Source: Candidatus Spongiisociaceae bacterium
GTDB taxonomy: Bacteria; Actinomycetota; Acidimicrobiia; Spongiisociales; Spongiisociaceae
Length of the DNA: 64,000 bases
Direction: 5' to 3'
Assembly (NCBI GenBank): GCA_965262915.1
Contig: OZ253564.1
Coordinates: forward strand, 1,344,001 to 1,408,000
Part shown: positions 1-10,304 of the stretch, piece after piece
Position numbering within the stretch: the first letter of the stretch is position 1
Layout of the letters: each line of letters starts with the position of its first letter
Notes under the pieces: generated by a model
Database searches by the model: none
What the model saw: only the letters and a program-made list of their open reading frames with translations
What the model was told of the DNA's origin: nothing
Program-made: the position numbers and the translations under genes

Positions 1-1285
1 ACCAGAGAGCTTCCAGTAGGCGGGCGGCGCGCTCATCGCCGATTTCGGGCCGGACCTGGCGGAGGAACTTGCTGTCGAGCATCTCTCGCGGTATCGGCTT
101 GCCTGGCCCGCCGATGGCGTTGCACATCGTGACCGACCGGCGAATAGTTCTTCCTCGGGCGCGGATCTCGACCGTGTTGATCACGTCTGCCAGGTAGCGG
201 GAGTCCCAGATGCGGGTAGAGGCCTTGTCTTCCTCGATCTCGATGGAGGCGGCCAACTCCCGTGCTGTCGGATCAACGAGCCGTTGTTCCGTGAACCACT
301 CGGGCCCCGGTTCGACATCGAGCAGCGCTATGGCGGCTGCCCATTGCACGCTGTAGATCGCTTCCCAGTAGGTTTCCGGGCTGGGTTCGAACATGTGGGG
401 CTTGAGGTAGAAGGCGGGCAGTCCCAGGGTTATACGGTCGATCTCGTCCAGGGACAGGTCATGTTCTGTGATCAGCTCTCGTAGTAGTTGGAGGGCACCG
501 TGGCACTGGCGACTAGCGGGTCATACCTTGAGCTGGAGCTGGTCGGCGGTGTAGAAGAAGGGTTGGGGCGAGGTCTCCAGCTCATCGAGCCGGTACTCGT
601 CGTCCCGGTGTTCGAGTTCGTCGGACAGCTCGCCGAAGCCGTTCATGGCGAGGAGAGCGGCCTGGATTCCCGCCTGGCACTGCCAGAGGTTGCCGAAACC
701 GATCCGGCTGATCCGTTTGGGGGCCGGGGTCGCATCAGTAGGGACTTGCGCACCGGGTAGTTCCAGCTCAGCCCGAGCGCCAGGTTGGTCGTCCCCTCGT
801 CGAGTCCCAACAGGCGGGCCGTGGCCAGCGTCAGGCACGCAGGGATGTGTCTCTGGATGTCACCGGCCCGGTTGGCGTAATGGAACCGGGCGTTTATCTC
901 GTACACGATGCAGGCTGTGGCCAGCATCTCGGCGCCGTTCGCACCCGTGCGCTGGCCTACCGCCAGCACGGTGTGGATCAGCGAGGGAGCGAAGTGCAGC
1001 CCTGGTCCGCCTTCCTCGAAGTCCATCGTCCGCGCCATCTGGGCGTTGATCCCGGCGGCCAGCTCGCAGCTGGTCCTCCCACCGTTGCCGATCACCACCG
1101 CCTCGGCCCTGGCGCCGACCTCTCGGGCGTACGCAGCCAGTTGACGCCCGATGACGGGTACGCCTCCGTACGTGGTCCCCACGGTGTCGACGAAGGCGCG
1201 GCGCATCCGATCCAGGGGCTGCTTCGGGGATATCCCCGAGGTCGGTGTCCATCGTCTCCCCGATCAGCGATCTGGTTATGCCCAC
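1..1285 (-). pseudogene. MmgE/PrpD family protein, disrupted; runs off the window start
   Basis: Pieces join into one PrpD-like protein: MGITRSLIGE...PEAA / LDRMRRAFVDTVG...GPGLHFAPSL / PKRISRIGFGNLW...LQLKV*PASRQCHGAL...GGPGKPIPREMLDSKF. Frameshifts in C-runs near 1217 and 720, in-frame TGA at 521-523. Confidence 0.8.
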
Positions 1286-1289
1286 GCCC

Positions 1290-2327
1290 TCACCCCGCCT
1301 CGATGTCTCCCGTCGGTACCCCCTCGAGGACCGAGAGGCTGGAACCCTCCGCGGTGGGGATGATCCGCCGCAAGCAGAGTCCGCTCTGCTCGTAGAGGGA
1401 GCGGAACTCCGCGGCGTTACGCTCCCTGCCTCGGGTCAGGAGCATCATCCCGACATCCTGGGCCTTGTGCGGGTCCGGCTCGTTACCAGGCCGTATCACG
1501 GCCTCGACCACCAGAACCCGTCCGCCGGGTCGTACCGCGTCCTGGCAACGTCGAAGGAGGTCGACGGCAGTGGTGTCGTCCCAGTCGTGGACTATCCGTT
1601 TCAGAACGTAGACATCGCCGCCGGGCGGAACCGACTGGAAGAAATCCCCGGCTGCCAGACTGCATCGCTCCAGCAACTCTCCGTCGAGGAGGTCGGCATC
1701 CGCGACGACTTGGGCCTGGTCGAACAGGACTCCCCGTACCCTCGGGTAGCGTTGCAGCACCGCAGCGAGCAAGCCGCCCCTACCGCCACCCACGTCGACG
1801 ACCAGACGATGGCGGCCGAAGTCGTAGGCCGCCGCCACGGCCGCGTCCTCGGGACCCGATATCTGTGCCATCGCCTTGTCGAAGGCCGCGTTGGCTTGGG
1901 GATTATCGGCCAGGTAGTCGAACAGCGGTAACCCGTGAGCCCGGTCGAAGGCCGGCTCTCCCGTCATCACGGTGTGAGGAAGTTCGCCGTAGGTAGCCCA
2001 GATGAGATCCTGCCATTCCAGGCGCAGCCGGCTGCGCAGGGAGCCCTCCACCCCGGTCTGTAGCTCGGATGCCGCCGGCGTGAGGTGGAACCGCCGGTCA
2101 CCGTCCTCGGCGAAGATTCCCCGCGCGGCGAGCATCCGGAGGACACGGTACAGCGAGTCGGCGTACGCGCCGGTGGCAATCGCTAGTTCGGTGGCTGTAC
2201 GGGGCTGCTCGCTCAGGAGATCGGCGATGCCCAACTCGGCGACCATCTGGAGGCACCTCGCCGCGGCGACGCTGCCGATGATGTCGTGGATCGTCATGTC
2301 GTTCTCGTGGGTACCGGTGTCCGGCAT
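1290..2327 (-). CDS. SAM-dependent O-methyltransferase (family 2, dimerisation domain)
   Basis: N-terminal ELGIADLL/LYRVLRMLA winged helix; VDVGGGRG, AGDFF and KRIVHDWDD motifs. Confidence 0.9.
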   Translation of the reverse strand: MPDTGTHENDMTIHDIIGSVAAARCLQMVAELGIADLLSEQPRTATELAIATGAYADSLYRVLRMLAARGIFAEDGDRRFHLTPAASELQTGVEGSLRSRLRLEWQDLIWATYGELPHTVMTGEPAFDRAHGLPLFDYLADNPQANAAFDKAMAQISGPEDAAVAAAYDFGRHRLVVDVGGGRGGLLAAVLQRYPRVRGVLFDQAQVVADADLLDGELLERCSLAAGDFFQSVPPGGDVYVLKRIVHDWDDTTAVDLLRRCQDAVRPGGRVLVVEAVIRPGNEPDPHKAQDVGMMLLTRGRERNAAEFRSLYEQSGLCLRRIIPTAEGSSLSVLEGVPTGDIEAG

Positions 2328-2598
2328 CGCACATCAGGCTAGGCCGATCCCGTTGCGGCCGGGCCATACTGCGGCCAGAATCCTTACCGATGAGTATTAG
2401 CGAACCCTGGCCGAGGAGATCGTCCGCACTGATCGGGATTGCATCCCCGACGATGCTGCGGACCTCGTGAGGTCGATGCTCGTCGACCATGTTGGCATCG
2501 CGTTCATGGGGCATCGGTTCACCGGGGAAGGCCTGATCGGATACGCCCGCGATCTGGGAGGCCAGCAGGATGCGATCCTGTTGGGTACCCGGTACTAG

Positions 2599-4344
2599 GA
2601 GGGTGCTGATTTAGTCGCCTTGTCGGGGTACGGGCGGTTCGCGTTTTGTGTTTGTTGGGGGTATTGTAAGGGTCATGCAAGGATATGAAAGCTTCGACCG
2701 TGAGTTTCTGGACACAGCGGACCTGTGGCATCTGGTTCCGGTGGGGTCTGTGTACCGGTTCTTGGCCGAGAACCGCCGCCGTCTGTTTCCCGATGAGATG
2801 TTCGCCGATCTGTTCGGCCCGCGGGGTCGCCCGTCGATACCGGGTCCGGTGATTGGGGCGGTGATGGTTCTCCAGGCGTTGGAGTGCCTCTCGGATCGGG
2901 AAGCGATCCAGCGGCTGCGTCGTGATATAGCTTGGAAAGCCGCGACTGGTCTGTCGTTGACACATGGGGGGTTCCACCCGACGGTGCTGACCTTATGGCG
3001 GGCCCGCCTGCGTGCCAGCGACAAGCCGGAGCGTATCTTCGACGCGGTGCGTCAAGTAGTCACCGAGTCCGGCGTGTTGGCGACCAGGGACCGTCGGGCC
3101 CTGGACTCGACCATTTTGCACGACGCGGTCGCTACCGGGGACACGGTGACGATGATCTCATCGCAGATAAGGCGTTGCCGCCGTCTGATTCCGCAGGCAG
3201 CCGACCTGGTGCTGGTGGCCCATGACTACGAATCGGTGACCAAACCGTCCTGCGACTGGTCTGATCCCGATGCCCGCTCGGAGTTGGTGGACGGGCTGGT
3301 CACCGACGGGCTGAGGCTGATCGAAGCAGTCGAGGACATGAAGCTGGACCCCGAACAGGCCGACGCCCTAGGGCTGTTGGGAGTTGTCACAGGCCAAGAT
3401 GTGGAACCGGACCCCGATAGGGAGGGCCGATGGCGGATAGCTCGGCGTGTGGCCCGAGACCGGACCATATCGACGGTGGATCCCGAAGCCAGGCACGGTC
3501 ACAAGACCCGGACCCGCAAACGGGACGGGTACAAGGCCCATGTCGCTACCGAACCCGAAACCGGCCTGGTCACCGCCGCGGTCCTAACAGCTGCCAACAC
3601 CCCAGACGCCGACAGCATCGCGGATCTCGTTGCCGAAGCACCCCCGGGCGCCGAAATCGTCGCGGATTCGGCGTACGCGTCCGGTGCGGCCCTCGAAACG
3701 TTCGACGATCTCGGTCACACCCCGGTGACCAAACCAATCGTACGCAAACCCCACATCAAAGACGGGTTCCACCGCGACGACTTCGCCATCGACACCGGAG
3801 CCCGCACAGTCACCTGCCCCGCCGGGCACACCACCCACATACGCCCCGGAGGTACCGCCCCCTTCTCCAAACGATGCAACGGCTGCCCCCTGCGGACACG
3901 ATGCACCACCTCGGAGCGAGGACGGACCATCACAGTCGACAAACACCACGACCGTCGCGCCGCGAACAAAACACGGTGGGCCAAAGAAGAAACCCGCAAC
4001 ACCTACCGGAACTTGCGGCCGTCCGTGGAACGGACCATCGCCTGGCTCACCCGCCACAACCCCAGACGCGTACCCTACCGAGGAACCATCCCCAACCAGC
4101 AATGGCTCACCACCACAACAGCAGCCATCAACCTACAACGCCTCATCAACCTCGGACTCACCCACACAACCACCGGCTGGGTCCTCAACCCCGCCTAGAA
4201 CCCCAAAACCCGCCCGCCACCCCCAAAGAACCCCGCCACCGCCACCAACCGACCCAAAACACCCACCCCACAAGCCCCAACCAGCCCCACCACACCCAAC
4301 ACACCAACACAGCCAACTCGCCGAACCCGATAATCAGCAGGCTC
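2599..4344 (+). mobile_element. IS1182-family insertion sequence
   Basis: Terminal IRs GAGGGTGCTGATT / GAGCCTGCTGATT (right end as reverse complement); CTAG at 2595-2598 and 4345-4348. Confidence 0.88.
2675..4198 (+). CDS. IS1182-family DDE transposase
   Basis: N-terminal GRPS...LSDREA...FHPTVLTLWRARL, DSAY, and C-terminal CPAG..C..CPLR..CT..RPSVER. TATTGT lies 7 nt before the ATG (leaderless-like). Confidence 0.88.
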   Translation: MQGYESFDREFLDTADLWHLVPVGSVYRFLAENRRRLFPDEMFADLFGPRGRPSIPGPVIGAVMVLQALECLSDREAIQRLRRDIAWKAATGLSLTHGGFHPTVLTLWRARLRASDKPERIFDAVRQVVTESGVLATRDRRALDSTILHDAVATGDTVTMISSQIRRCRRLIPQAADLVLVAHDYESVTKPSCDWSDPDARSELVDGLVTDGLRLIEAVEDMKLDPEQADALGLLGVVTGQDVEPDPDREGRWRIARRVARDRTISTVDPEARHGHKTRTRKRDGYKAHVATEPETGLVTAAVLTAANTPDADSIADLVAEAPPGAEIVADSAYASGAALETFDDLGHTPVTKPIVRKPHIKDGFHRDDFAIDTGARTVTCPAGHTTHIRPGGTAPFSKRCNGCPLRTRCTTSERGRTITVDKHHDRRAANKTRWAKEETRNTYRNLRPSVERTIAWLTRHNPRRVPYRGTIPNQQWLTTTTAAINLQRLINLGLTHTTTGWVLNPA

Positions 4345-4348
4345 CTAG

Positions 4349-5516
4349 TGTCCTGATTCCTTAGTTTCTTTGCCATATGCTGCTAGAATATGCAGGTCAG
4401 TAGCAGTCAGTAGTGGGAGCAGCGTATGGAGAAGCAGCGGGGTCGTAAAGCAGTGGTTATCGAGCTGGATGAAGAGGAACGCCAGACGCTCGAGCGGTGG
4501 ATACGGCGGCGTAGCACCGCACAAGGGTTAGCGATGCGGTCTCGTATCGTGCTGGGAGCGGCCGAAGGCCGCACCAATGTGGACATCGCAGCGGAGGTGG
4601 GCTGCAGCGGGGTTACGGTCTCGAAGTGGCGGAACCGTTTCGCCCGGCGCCGTCTCGACGGCCTCTACGACAATCCCCGCCCCGGGCCGCCCCGCCGCAT
4701 CGACGACGCCAAGGTAGAAGAAGTGGTGGTCAAGACCCTCGAGGAAACACCGAGAGACGCGACGCACTGGTCGACCCGGTCCATGGCGAGGGCCGTCGGC
4801 CTGTCCCAGTCGTCGATCCTAAGAATATGGCGGGCGTTCGGTCTCAAGCCGCACCGGACCGAGCATTTCAAGATATCTCCCGACCCCCAGTTCGTGGAAA
4901 AGGTCCGCGACCTGGCGGGTTTGTACCTGAACCCGCCCGACGCGGCGGTGGTGCTGTGTGTGGACCACAAATCCCAGATACAGGCCCTCGACCGCACCGC
5001 GCCGATCCTGCCCCTGTTGCCCGGAACCCCCCAGCGGCGCACCCACGACTACCGCCGGTACGGCACCACCAACCTCCACGCCGCGCTCGACACGGCCACC
5101 GGCCGGGTCATCACCTCCATGACACGACGCAACCGCACCCAAGAATTCCAGACGTTCCTAAACCTCATCAACCGCGAAGTCCCACCAGAACTCGACGTCC
5201 ATGTCGTGTTGGACAACGCGTCGCCCCACAAAACAGAGCCCATAGGGCGCTGGCTGCAACGCCATCCACGGTTCACGTTCCATTTCACACCCACCTACGC
5301 GTCGTGGATGAACCTCGTCGAGCGATGGTTCTCCGAACTCACCACCAAACAGATACGCCGAGGCACCCACCGATCCGTAGCCGAACTCACCGACGCCATC
5401 AACCAATGGACCCAACACTGGAACCAAAACCCCAAACCCTTCATCTGGCACAAAACCGCCGACCAAATCTTCGACAACCTCACCAACTATCTACAACGAA
5501 TCCCCGAATCAGGACA
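4349..5516 (+). mobile_element. IS630-family insertion sequence
   Basis: Perfect IR TGTCCTGATTC / GAATCAGGACA flanked by CTAG (4345-4348, 5517-5520). Confidence 0.92.
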
Positions 5517-5520
5517 CTAG
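4426..5520 (+). CDS. IS630-family transposase
   Basis: HTH N-terminus, THWSTRSMA, VLCVD.KSQIQA, VLDNASPHK, WMNLVERWF. The stop codon lies in the flanking CTAG. Confidence 0.93.
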   Translation: MEKQRGRKAVVIELDEEERQTLERWIRRRSTAQGLAMRSRIVLGAAEGRTNVDIAAEVGCSGVTVSKWRNRFARRRLDGLYDNPRPGPPRRIDDAKVEEVVVKTLEETPRDATHWSTRSMARAVGLSQSSILRIWRAFGLKPHRTEHFKISPDPQFVEKVRDLAGLYLNPPDAAVVLCVDHKSQIQALDRTAPILPLLPGTPQRRTHDYRRYGTTNLHAALDTATGRVITSMTRRNRTQEFQTFLNLINREVPPELDVHVVLDNASPHKTEPIGRWLQRHPRFTFHFTPTYASWMNLVERWFSELTTKQIRRGTHRSVAELTDAINQWTQHWNQNPKPFIWHKTADQIFDNLTNYLQRIPESGH

Positions 5521-5992
5521 GCCCCCGCGGAGGTAGCAGCGGGGGTCAACGGGCAGCTGGCCCAGAACGCCGGTATGGAGAACACCGGTCCCGGCCTTCA
5601 TGCCGGCCCGCTGGTGGTGCACACCGCTCTGGCCATGGGGCAGCGCACCGGGGCGGGCGGCGCCGACATGTTGACGGCCATCGCGCTGGGATACGACCTG
5701 AACGCCCGATTCCATCTGGCGCGCACCGCAGACGAGGATCTTCGCCATCTGAACATGGTGGGCGCGGCGGTGGCCGCCAAGCTGCTCGGACTCGACATAG
5801 GCACGACGGCGGATGCCCTCTCGATGGCCTGGGAGTTCCCGATGCGCCGGCGTCTCTACCTCAAACCCAAGGTACCGAAGCGGGTGAGCGCCTTCCCGAT
5901 GGGCCACCTCTTCACGGCCAGGGTCGGTGTTCAGGCTGCGCTCATGGCCCGCCACGGATACCCGAACCTGGTCGACGAGATCGACCAACTAG

Positions 5993-6818
5993 GGCCTGTT
6001 GACGCTTTTCGGTGCTCGCGTTTTGTGGTAGATTACAATATAATCGGTGTATGACGATTATACAAGAACAATACGAATGTATCGCTCATCTATTCCCGAC
6101 ACAGCGCGGCAACGTCAAGATATCAAACCTCGACATGCTCAACGCGATCCTCTACGTGGCGGAACACGGCTGCAAATGGCGGGGACGCCCACCGCGGTTC
6201 GGTAAGTGGTACACCATCTATAAGCGGATGAACCGCTGGGCCCGAAACCGAGTCCTAGACCGAATACTGAAGGGGTTAGCCCAAGAAGGGATCACAAACC
6301 TCAACACCGAAGTAGCCGGGATCGACTCCACAATCGTCAAGGTCCATCCCAACGGTACCGGCGCCCCAAAAAGGGGGTCCACAGTCCATCGGGAAGTCCC
6401 GCGGGGGGTGGACCACCAAGATTCACATGGTCGCCGCCGACGACCGAACCGCGATAACGTTGTCGCTGTCGCCGGGTCAAGCCCACGACGCCCCGACCGG
6501 ACGTGAACTACTCAAAGGCGTCGGCCGCCAGCCCGAAGACCGGTTCCTGGTAGCCGACCGGGCCTATGAAGGCGACGAAACACGCCAACTGGTTCCAGAT
6601 CTCGGGTTCACCCTGGTGGTTCCACCCAAGAGCAACCGCCGTAATCCCTGGGACTACAACCGCGAGTTAAACAAGAAACGCAACGAGGTAGAACGTCTGT
6701 TCCGACGGCTCAAAAGCTACCGTCGTATCTTCTCCCGCGACGACAAACTCGACGTGCTCTATATCGGGTTCATCACCTTCGTGCTCACAATCGAGGCCCT
6801 ACGTAATGTCAACAGGCC
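5993..6818 (+). mobile_element. IS5-family (IS427-like) insertion sequence
   Basis: IR GGCCTGTTGAC / GTCAACAGGCC; CTAG at 5989-5992 and 6819-6822; about 830 bp, lower GC. Confidence 0.9.
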
Positions 6819-6822
6819 CTAG
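6051..6822 (+). CDS. IS5-family transposase in two frames (orfA/orfB), junction at AAAAAGGGGG near 6368-6377
   Basis: orfA: NAILYVAEHGCKWR, IDSTIVKVH. orfB: GKSRGGWTTKIH, ADRAYEGD, RNEVERLFRRLK. TATAAT at 6039-6044. Confidence 0.8.
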
Positions 6823-6879
6823 CAGGCGTGGTTCGATTTGGGTCAACCAGGCGGCCGACAAATAGGACACGAGCCGACG

Positions 6880-7690
6880 CTACCACCGCTCGGCGGCCCG
6901 CCGGAAGCTGGCCGGGCCTAGGGGACGGCAGACCGGGGGTAGGGTGACCGTCCGGCAATCCCCGAGAGGCAGGCCCAAGGCGGTATCCTCGGGGGCAAGT
7001 GGGGATAGCCCCCCGCCCGGGACGTGGTGGCCGAAGACGGAAGGGAGCGACCGATGGGCGTCAGCGGCTGGCTCCGGATCGACCCCGATCCGGATGTTGT
7101 TGTTGATGTCGATGAGCGCTACGTCCCCGTAGTGGGGAGCGTATGTGTCGTACCACTCTTGGGCATCTTCCCAGATGTCGAAGTCGGCGCAGCTGACCGT
7201 GTTCCCCGGGTTCGGTGGCACCGATGTCGTGGTTGTGAACCCAGTTGAGGAATCTACCTCGGTCTGGGCTGCTGAAGCCGCTGTGACGTTCGTCGTAGTA
7301 GTGGCGGCAGTTCCCGCGAGGCCGGTGGCAGACGTGCTGCCAGCCCGGGTTTCGTCGCATCGTGCGAGAGTGATCCCAGCTTGGAAGAGCCGCTCGAAGT
7401 ATTCGATGTTCTCCTGGTTGTCGTAAACGTATGCCAGCCCGAGCATCATCACGTCGCCGCCCAGGAACCCGAGCTGATCTAGCGACTCGCCAGCATCTTC
7501 CTCAAGGGTGTCGAACGTTGTAAGCCACTCGTTGTACGGGCCCCCAACCGCGAAGCCCATCTGAGCGAACTGGGGGTCGTCCTTGAACCCCTATAACTGT
7601 TCATAGAGGCCGATGATCTCCAACGACACCGACGACAGATCCTTGGGGACGCATTCTTTCTCGACAGGGTTAAGCCCGACGTTCATGGCA
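6880..7690 (-). pseudogene. Remnant of a secreted protein with Thr-rich linker and Excalibur-like Ca-binding domain
   Basis: SCADFDIWEDAQEWYDTY...DVALID motif with an incomplete C-terminus; the upstream frame continues through an in-frame TAG at 7591-7593. Confidence 0.5.
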
Positions 7691-7732
7691 TCGGGGACCA
7701 TGAACGTCACCCGTGCAGCTATGGTTTCACAC

Positions 7733-8416
7733 ATGGACATAGAAGTTCGCCACGCGCCCAGTTTCGCAGTAGCGAAGTGCAGGTTGAGCGGCGGCGAGCA
7801 GCTCAAGGTCGAGTCTGGGGCCATGATGGCCCACTCGATCGGGATGGCGCTCGAGGCCAAGATGGAGGGCGGTGTGTTGAAGTCGCTCAAGCGCAGCATC
7901 TTGGGTGGCGAGTCTCTGTACGTCTCCACCTTCACCGCGCCGGACACCGGCGGCTGGGTGGATGTGGCCGCGAAGCTCCCCGGCGACCTCCGCGTCCTTG
8001 AGCTCGACGGCTCGCAGACCTGGATAATCGAGCGGGGCAACTGGCTCGCCTCGGAGGCGTCGATCGAGATCGACACCAAGTGGAGCGGGTTCGAGATGCT
8101 GGCTGGCGGCGAGGGCGGGTTCATGATCCACGCCAGCGGCGCCGGGAAGGCCATCGTGGCCTCCTACGGCGCCATCGAGACGATGTCGCTGGCCCAGGGC
8201 GAGACCGTCGTGGTCGACACCAACCACATGCTGGCCTTCTCAGACACCGTCAGTTTCGAACTGAAGCGGGCGGTGGAGGGCCGGAGCATCCAGTCGACCA
8301 AGTCCGGGGAGGGGTGGGTGTTCCACTACACCGGGCCGGGCGACATCATGGTGCAGACCCGCAACCAACAACAGCTCATCGCCTGGATCAACACCGAGAT
8401 CGGCAGCCGCGAATAG
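7733..8416 (+). CDS. AIM24/TIGR00266 family protein
   Basis: ESGAMMA, KRSILGGESLY, GGEGGF, SYGAI, SGEG...GPGDIMVQTRN. Confidence 0.9.
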   Translation: MDIEVRHAPSFAVAKCRLSGGEQLKVESGAMMAHSIGMALEAKMEGGVLKSLKRSILGGESLYVSTFTAPDTGGWVDVAAKLPGDLRVLELDGSQTWIIERGNWLASEASIEIDTKWSGFEMLAGGEGGFMIHASGAGKAIVASYGAIETMSLAQGETVVVDTNHMLAFSDTVSFELKRAVEGRSIQSTKSGEGWVFHYTGPGDIMVQTRNQQQLIAWINTEIGSRE

Positions 8417-8425
8417 ATCACTCCC

Positions 8426-8875
8426 TCAACGGAAGCTGACAACGTCATCAGCGGTGGTGCCTGTGCCGGTGCTGACGACCTGTTCGAGGATCAGGTCGGT
8501 GCTGGTGGTGGTGTCGTTGACAAGGACGATCGTCGACTCGTTGGTGTCGGGGTTGTAGGTCACCGACGACATGAACCCGATGGTCTGGCCGAAGTGACCG
8601 ACGGTGCCGTCGTGGAACACCATCACACCGAGCCCGTAGGCGCTCAACATGGCCGAGAATATGCTGGCTTGGGAGAGCTGGTACCGGGGGTCGGTGGTGC
8701 TGGCGAGGAACTCGTCGGCGCCGGCGACCTGGTTGTTGAAGAGTGCGATGAGGAATCGGTCGAGGTCCCCGACGGTAGAGATGAGGACACCGGCGCTATG
8801 GGATAGCGAGTCGACGGCGACGAACTCCTCGACGAGGGCGTTGCTGCCGTCACCCCCCACCTCGCTGGTGTCCAT
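8426..8875 (-). pseudogene. C-terminal fragment of a beta-lactamase-like serine hydrolase
   Basis: SAGVLISTVGDLDRF, YGLG and GHFGQTIGF are present; the catalytic SxxK N-terminal half is absent. Confidence 0.7.
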
Positions 8876-8918
8876 CACACCGGACCCCGGGCAACGGACC
8901 ACGGACTACCATTCCAGT

Positions 8919-9389
8919 ATGCTGCTGCCGGGCTCACCCGCACCCGAGTTCATCCTTCCCGACCACAACGCGGCAGAAGTCCGTCTGTCCGATTTCCGCG
9001 GGCGCTGGGTGGTCATCTGGTGGTACGCGAAGGCGGCAACCGAAGGTTGAAGGCGCGAAGGGGAGGGGTTCCGTGACCGAACCCCGGAATTCGAAGCCGA
9101 GGATGTGGTTCTCCTCGGAGCCTCCTATGACACCTCGGCGGAGAACCGCGCCTGGCATGAGGACATGGGATTCCGCTTCCGGCTGCTGTCCGACCCCGAT
9201 CAGACCGCGGCCGCCGCCTACGGGGCTGTCCGGCCACCGATGGATCGCTTCGCCGCCTACCCGGCCCGCGTCACCTTCGTGATCGACCCGGCCGGGCTGG
9301 TCGGACTGGTGTACGTGGTGGCGGGTAGCCAGATCGCCGGCCACGCCTCCCGGGTACTGGAGGACCTGCGCGTTCTCAAGCAGGGATGA
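8919..9389 (+). CDS. Peroxiredoxin (BCP/PrxQ-like), probable selenoprotein; Sec codon TGA 9048-9050
   Basis: GSPAPEFILPD...VVIWWYAKAATEG*RREGEGFRD...GASYD...LLSDPD...RVTFVIDPAG is one frame. The TGA occupies the peroxidatic Cys position (TxGCxxE). Confidence 0.85.
9065..9085 (+). promoter_or_regulatory. Candidate bacterial SECIS hairpin
   Basis: GGGGTTC-CGTGACC-GAACCCC stem-loop starting 14 nt after the TGA, with GT in the loop. Confidence 0.6.
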
Positions 9390-9407
9390 CGCAGCCTTCT
9401 CGTGCCC

Positions 9408-10250
9408 CTATTCACGGGAAGGGTCCAGGTACGCGGCCACTACTTGGCGTGACCTGCGGACCACGGCCTCGTCGATCATCCGGCCGTTGTGGTCGACGAT
9501 GATTCCCCGGCCCGAAGCGATTGCCGCGTCGTAGGCCTCCACCATCCGGCGTGCAGACTCCAGTTCCTCCGATGTCGGAGTGAAGGCCTCGTTGATGATC
9601 CTTACATGGGCTGGATGGATAGCCGAACGTCCCGCGAAGCCCATGTCCGCCAGCTCCCTGGTGGAACGCCTGAGCTCCTCCAGGGTGCTCATGTCCAGGT
9701 TGGTGTAGACGGGACCGATCGGGCCTTCGATACCGCCGGACGCCGATGCCCAGACCAGCATGGATCTCGACGCGAGCCAGGCCGGATGATTCGCCGGTAC
9801 GGACATCCCGAGGTCCGCCCCCAGGTCCGCTTCGCCGGCCATGAGCCGGACGACCCGATCATGAGCGGCCATCGCGGGTGCATCGAGCAGGCCCCGGCCG
9901 CTCTCGACCAGGGCCGTGATGTCCGTACCCGTTAGAGCCCCGGAATCGGCAACCGCCTCGATGAGGCGAAGATCGGCCTTGGGGACCACGACCGTGTCGA
10001 TGTCCAGTCCCGCCAGAGCTTCGAGGTCGGCGGACAGATGATCGGTATGGCTGTTGATCCGCACACCGACCCGGGCGCCCTCCTCCTTCAACCTCGGGAT
10101 CGCCCGGCGCGCTTCCTCACGGGCCAACTTCTTCGAGCCGACCGCAACCGCATCCTCCAGATCGACCAGGACGAGGTCGGCCTGTCGCTGTGCTGCCTTG
10201 ACCAGCATCTTCGGCCGGTCCGCCGGTACGTATAGGACGCTGCGGATCAT
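9408..10250 (-). CDS. HpcH/HpaI aldolase-citrate lyase beta (CitE-like) CoA ester lyase
   Basis: RSVLYVPADRP, DLEDAV, VRIN, AIHP, MIDEAV motifs. Confidence 0.9.
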   Translation of the reverse strand: MIRSVLYVPADRPKMLVKAAQRQADLVLVDLEDAVAVGSKKLAREEARRAIPRLKEEGARVGVRINSHTDHLSADLEALAGLDIDTVVVPKADLRLIEAVADSGALTGTDITALVESGRGLLDAPAMAAHDRVVRLMAGEADLGADLGMSVPANHPAWLASRSMLVWASASGGIEGPIGPVYTNLDMSTLEELRRSTRELADMGFAGRSAIHPAHVRIINEAFTPTSEELESARRMVEAYDAAIASGRGIIVDHNGRMIDEAVVRRSRQVVAAYLDPSRE

Positions 10251-10304
10251 GGCGTCGGATCGTAGCTGCGATGCAAGGACGCTCCGTTGCTTTGGAGGCG
10301 ACCG

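Larger units (their letters stand above)
2390..5992 (+). pseudogene. Second MmgE/PrpD paralogue, split by IS insertions (segments 2390-2598 and 5521-5992)
   Basis: RTLAEEIVRTD...AILLGTRY* resumes after the IS pair as APAEVAAGVNGQLAQNAGMENTGPGLH... and aligns with the first paralogue. There is a 1-nt frameshift just after the ATG; the gene is cut off at the IS5. Confidence 0.8.

Noticed and set aside
521-523. In-frame TGA in the PrpD-like gene as selenocysteine
   Set aside because: The position corresponds to an aromatic residue (KxW/YP), and the gene has two additional frameshifts, so a TGG to TGA nonsense change is simpler.
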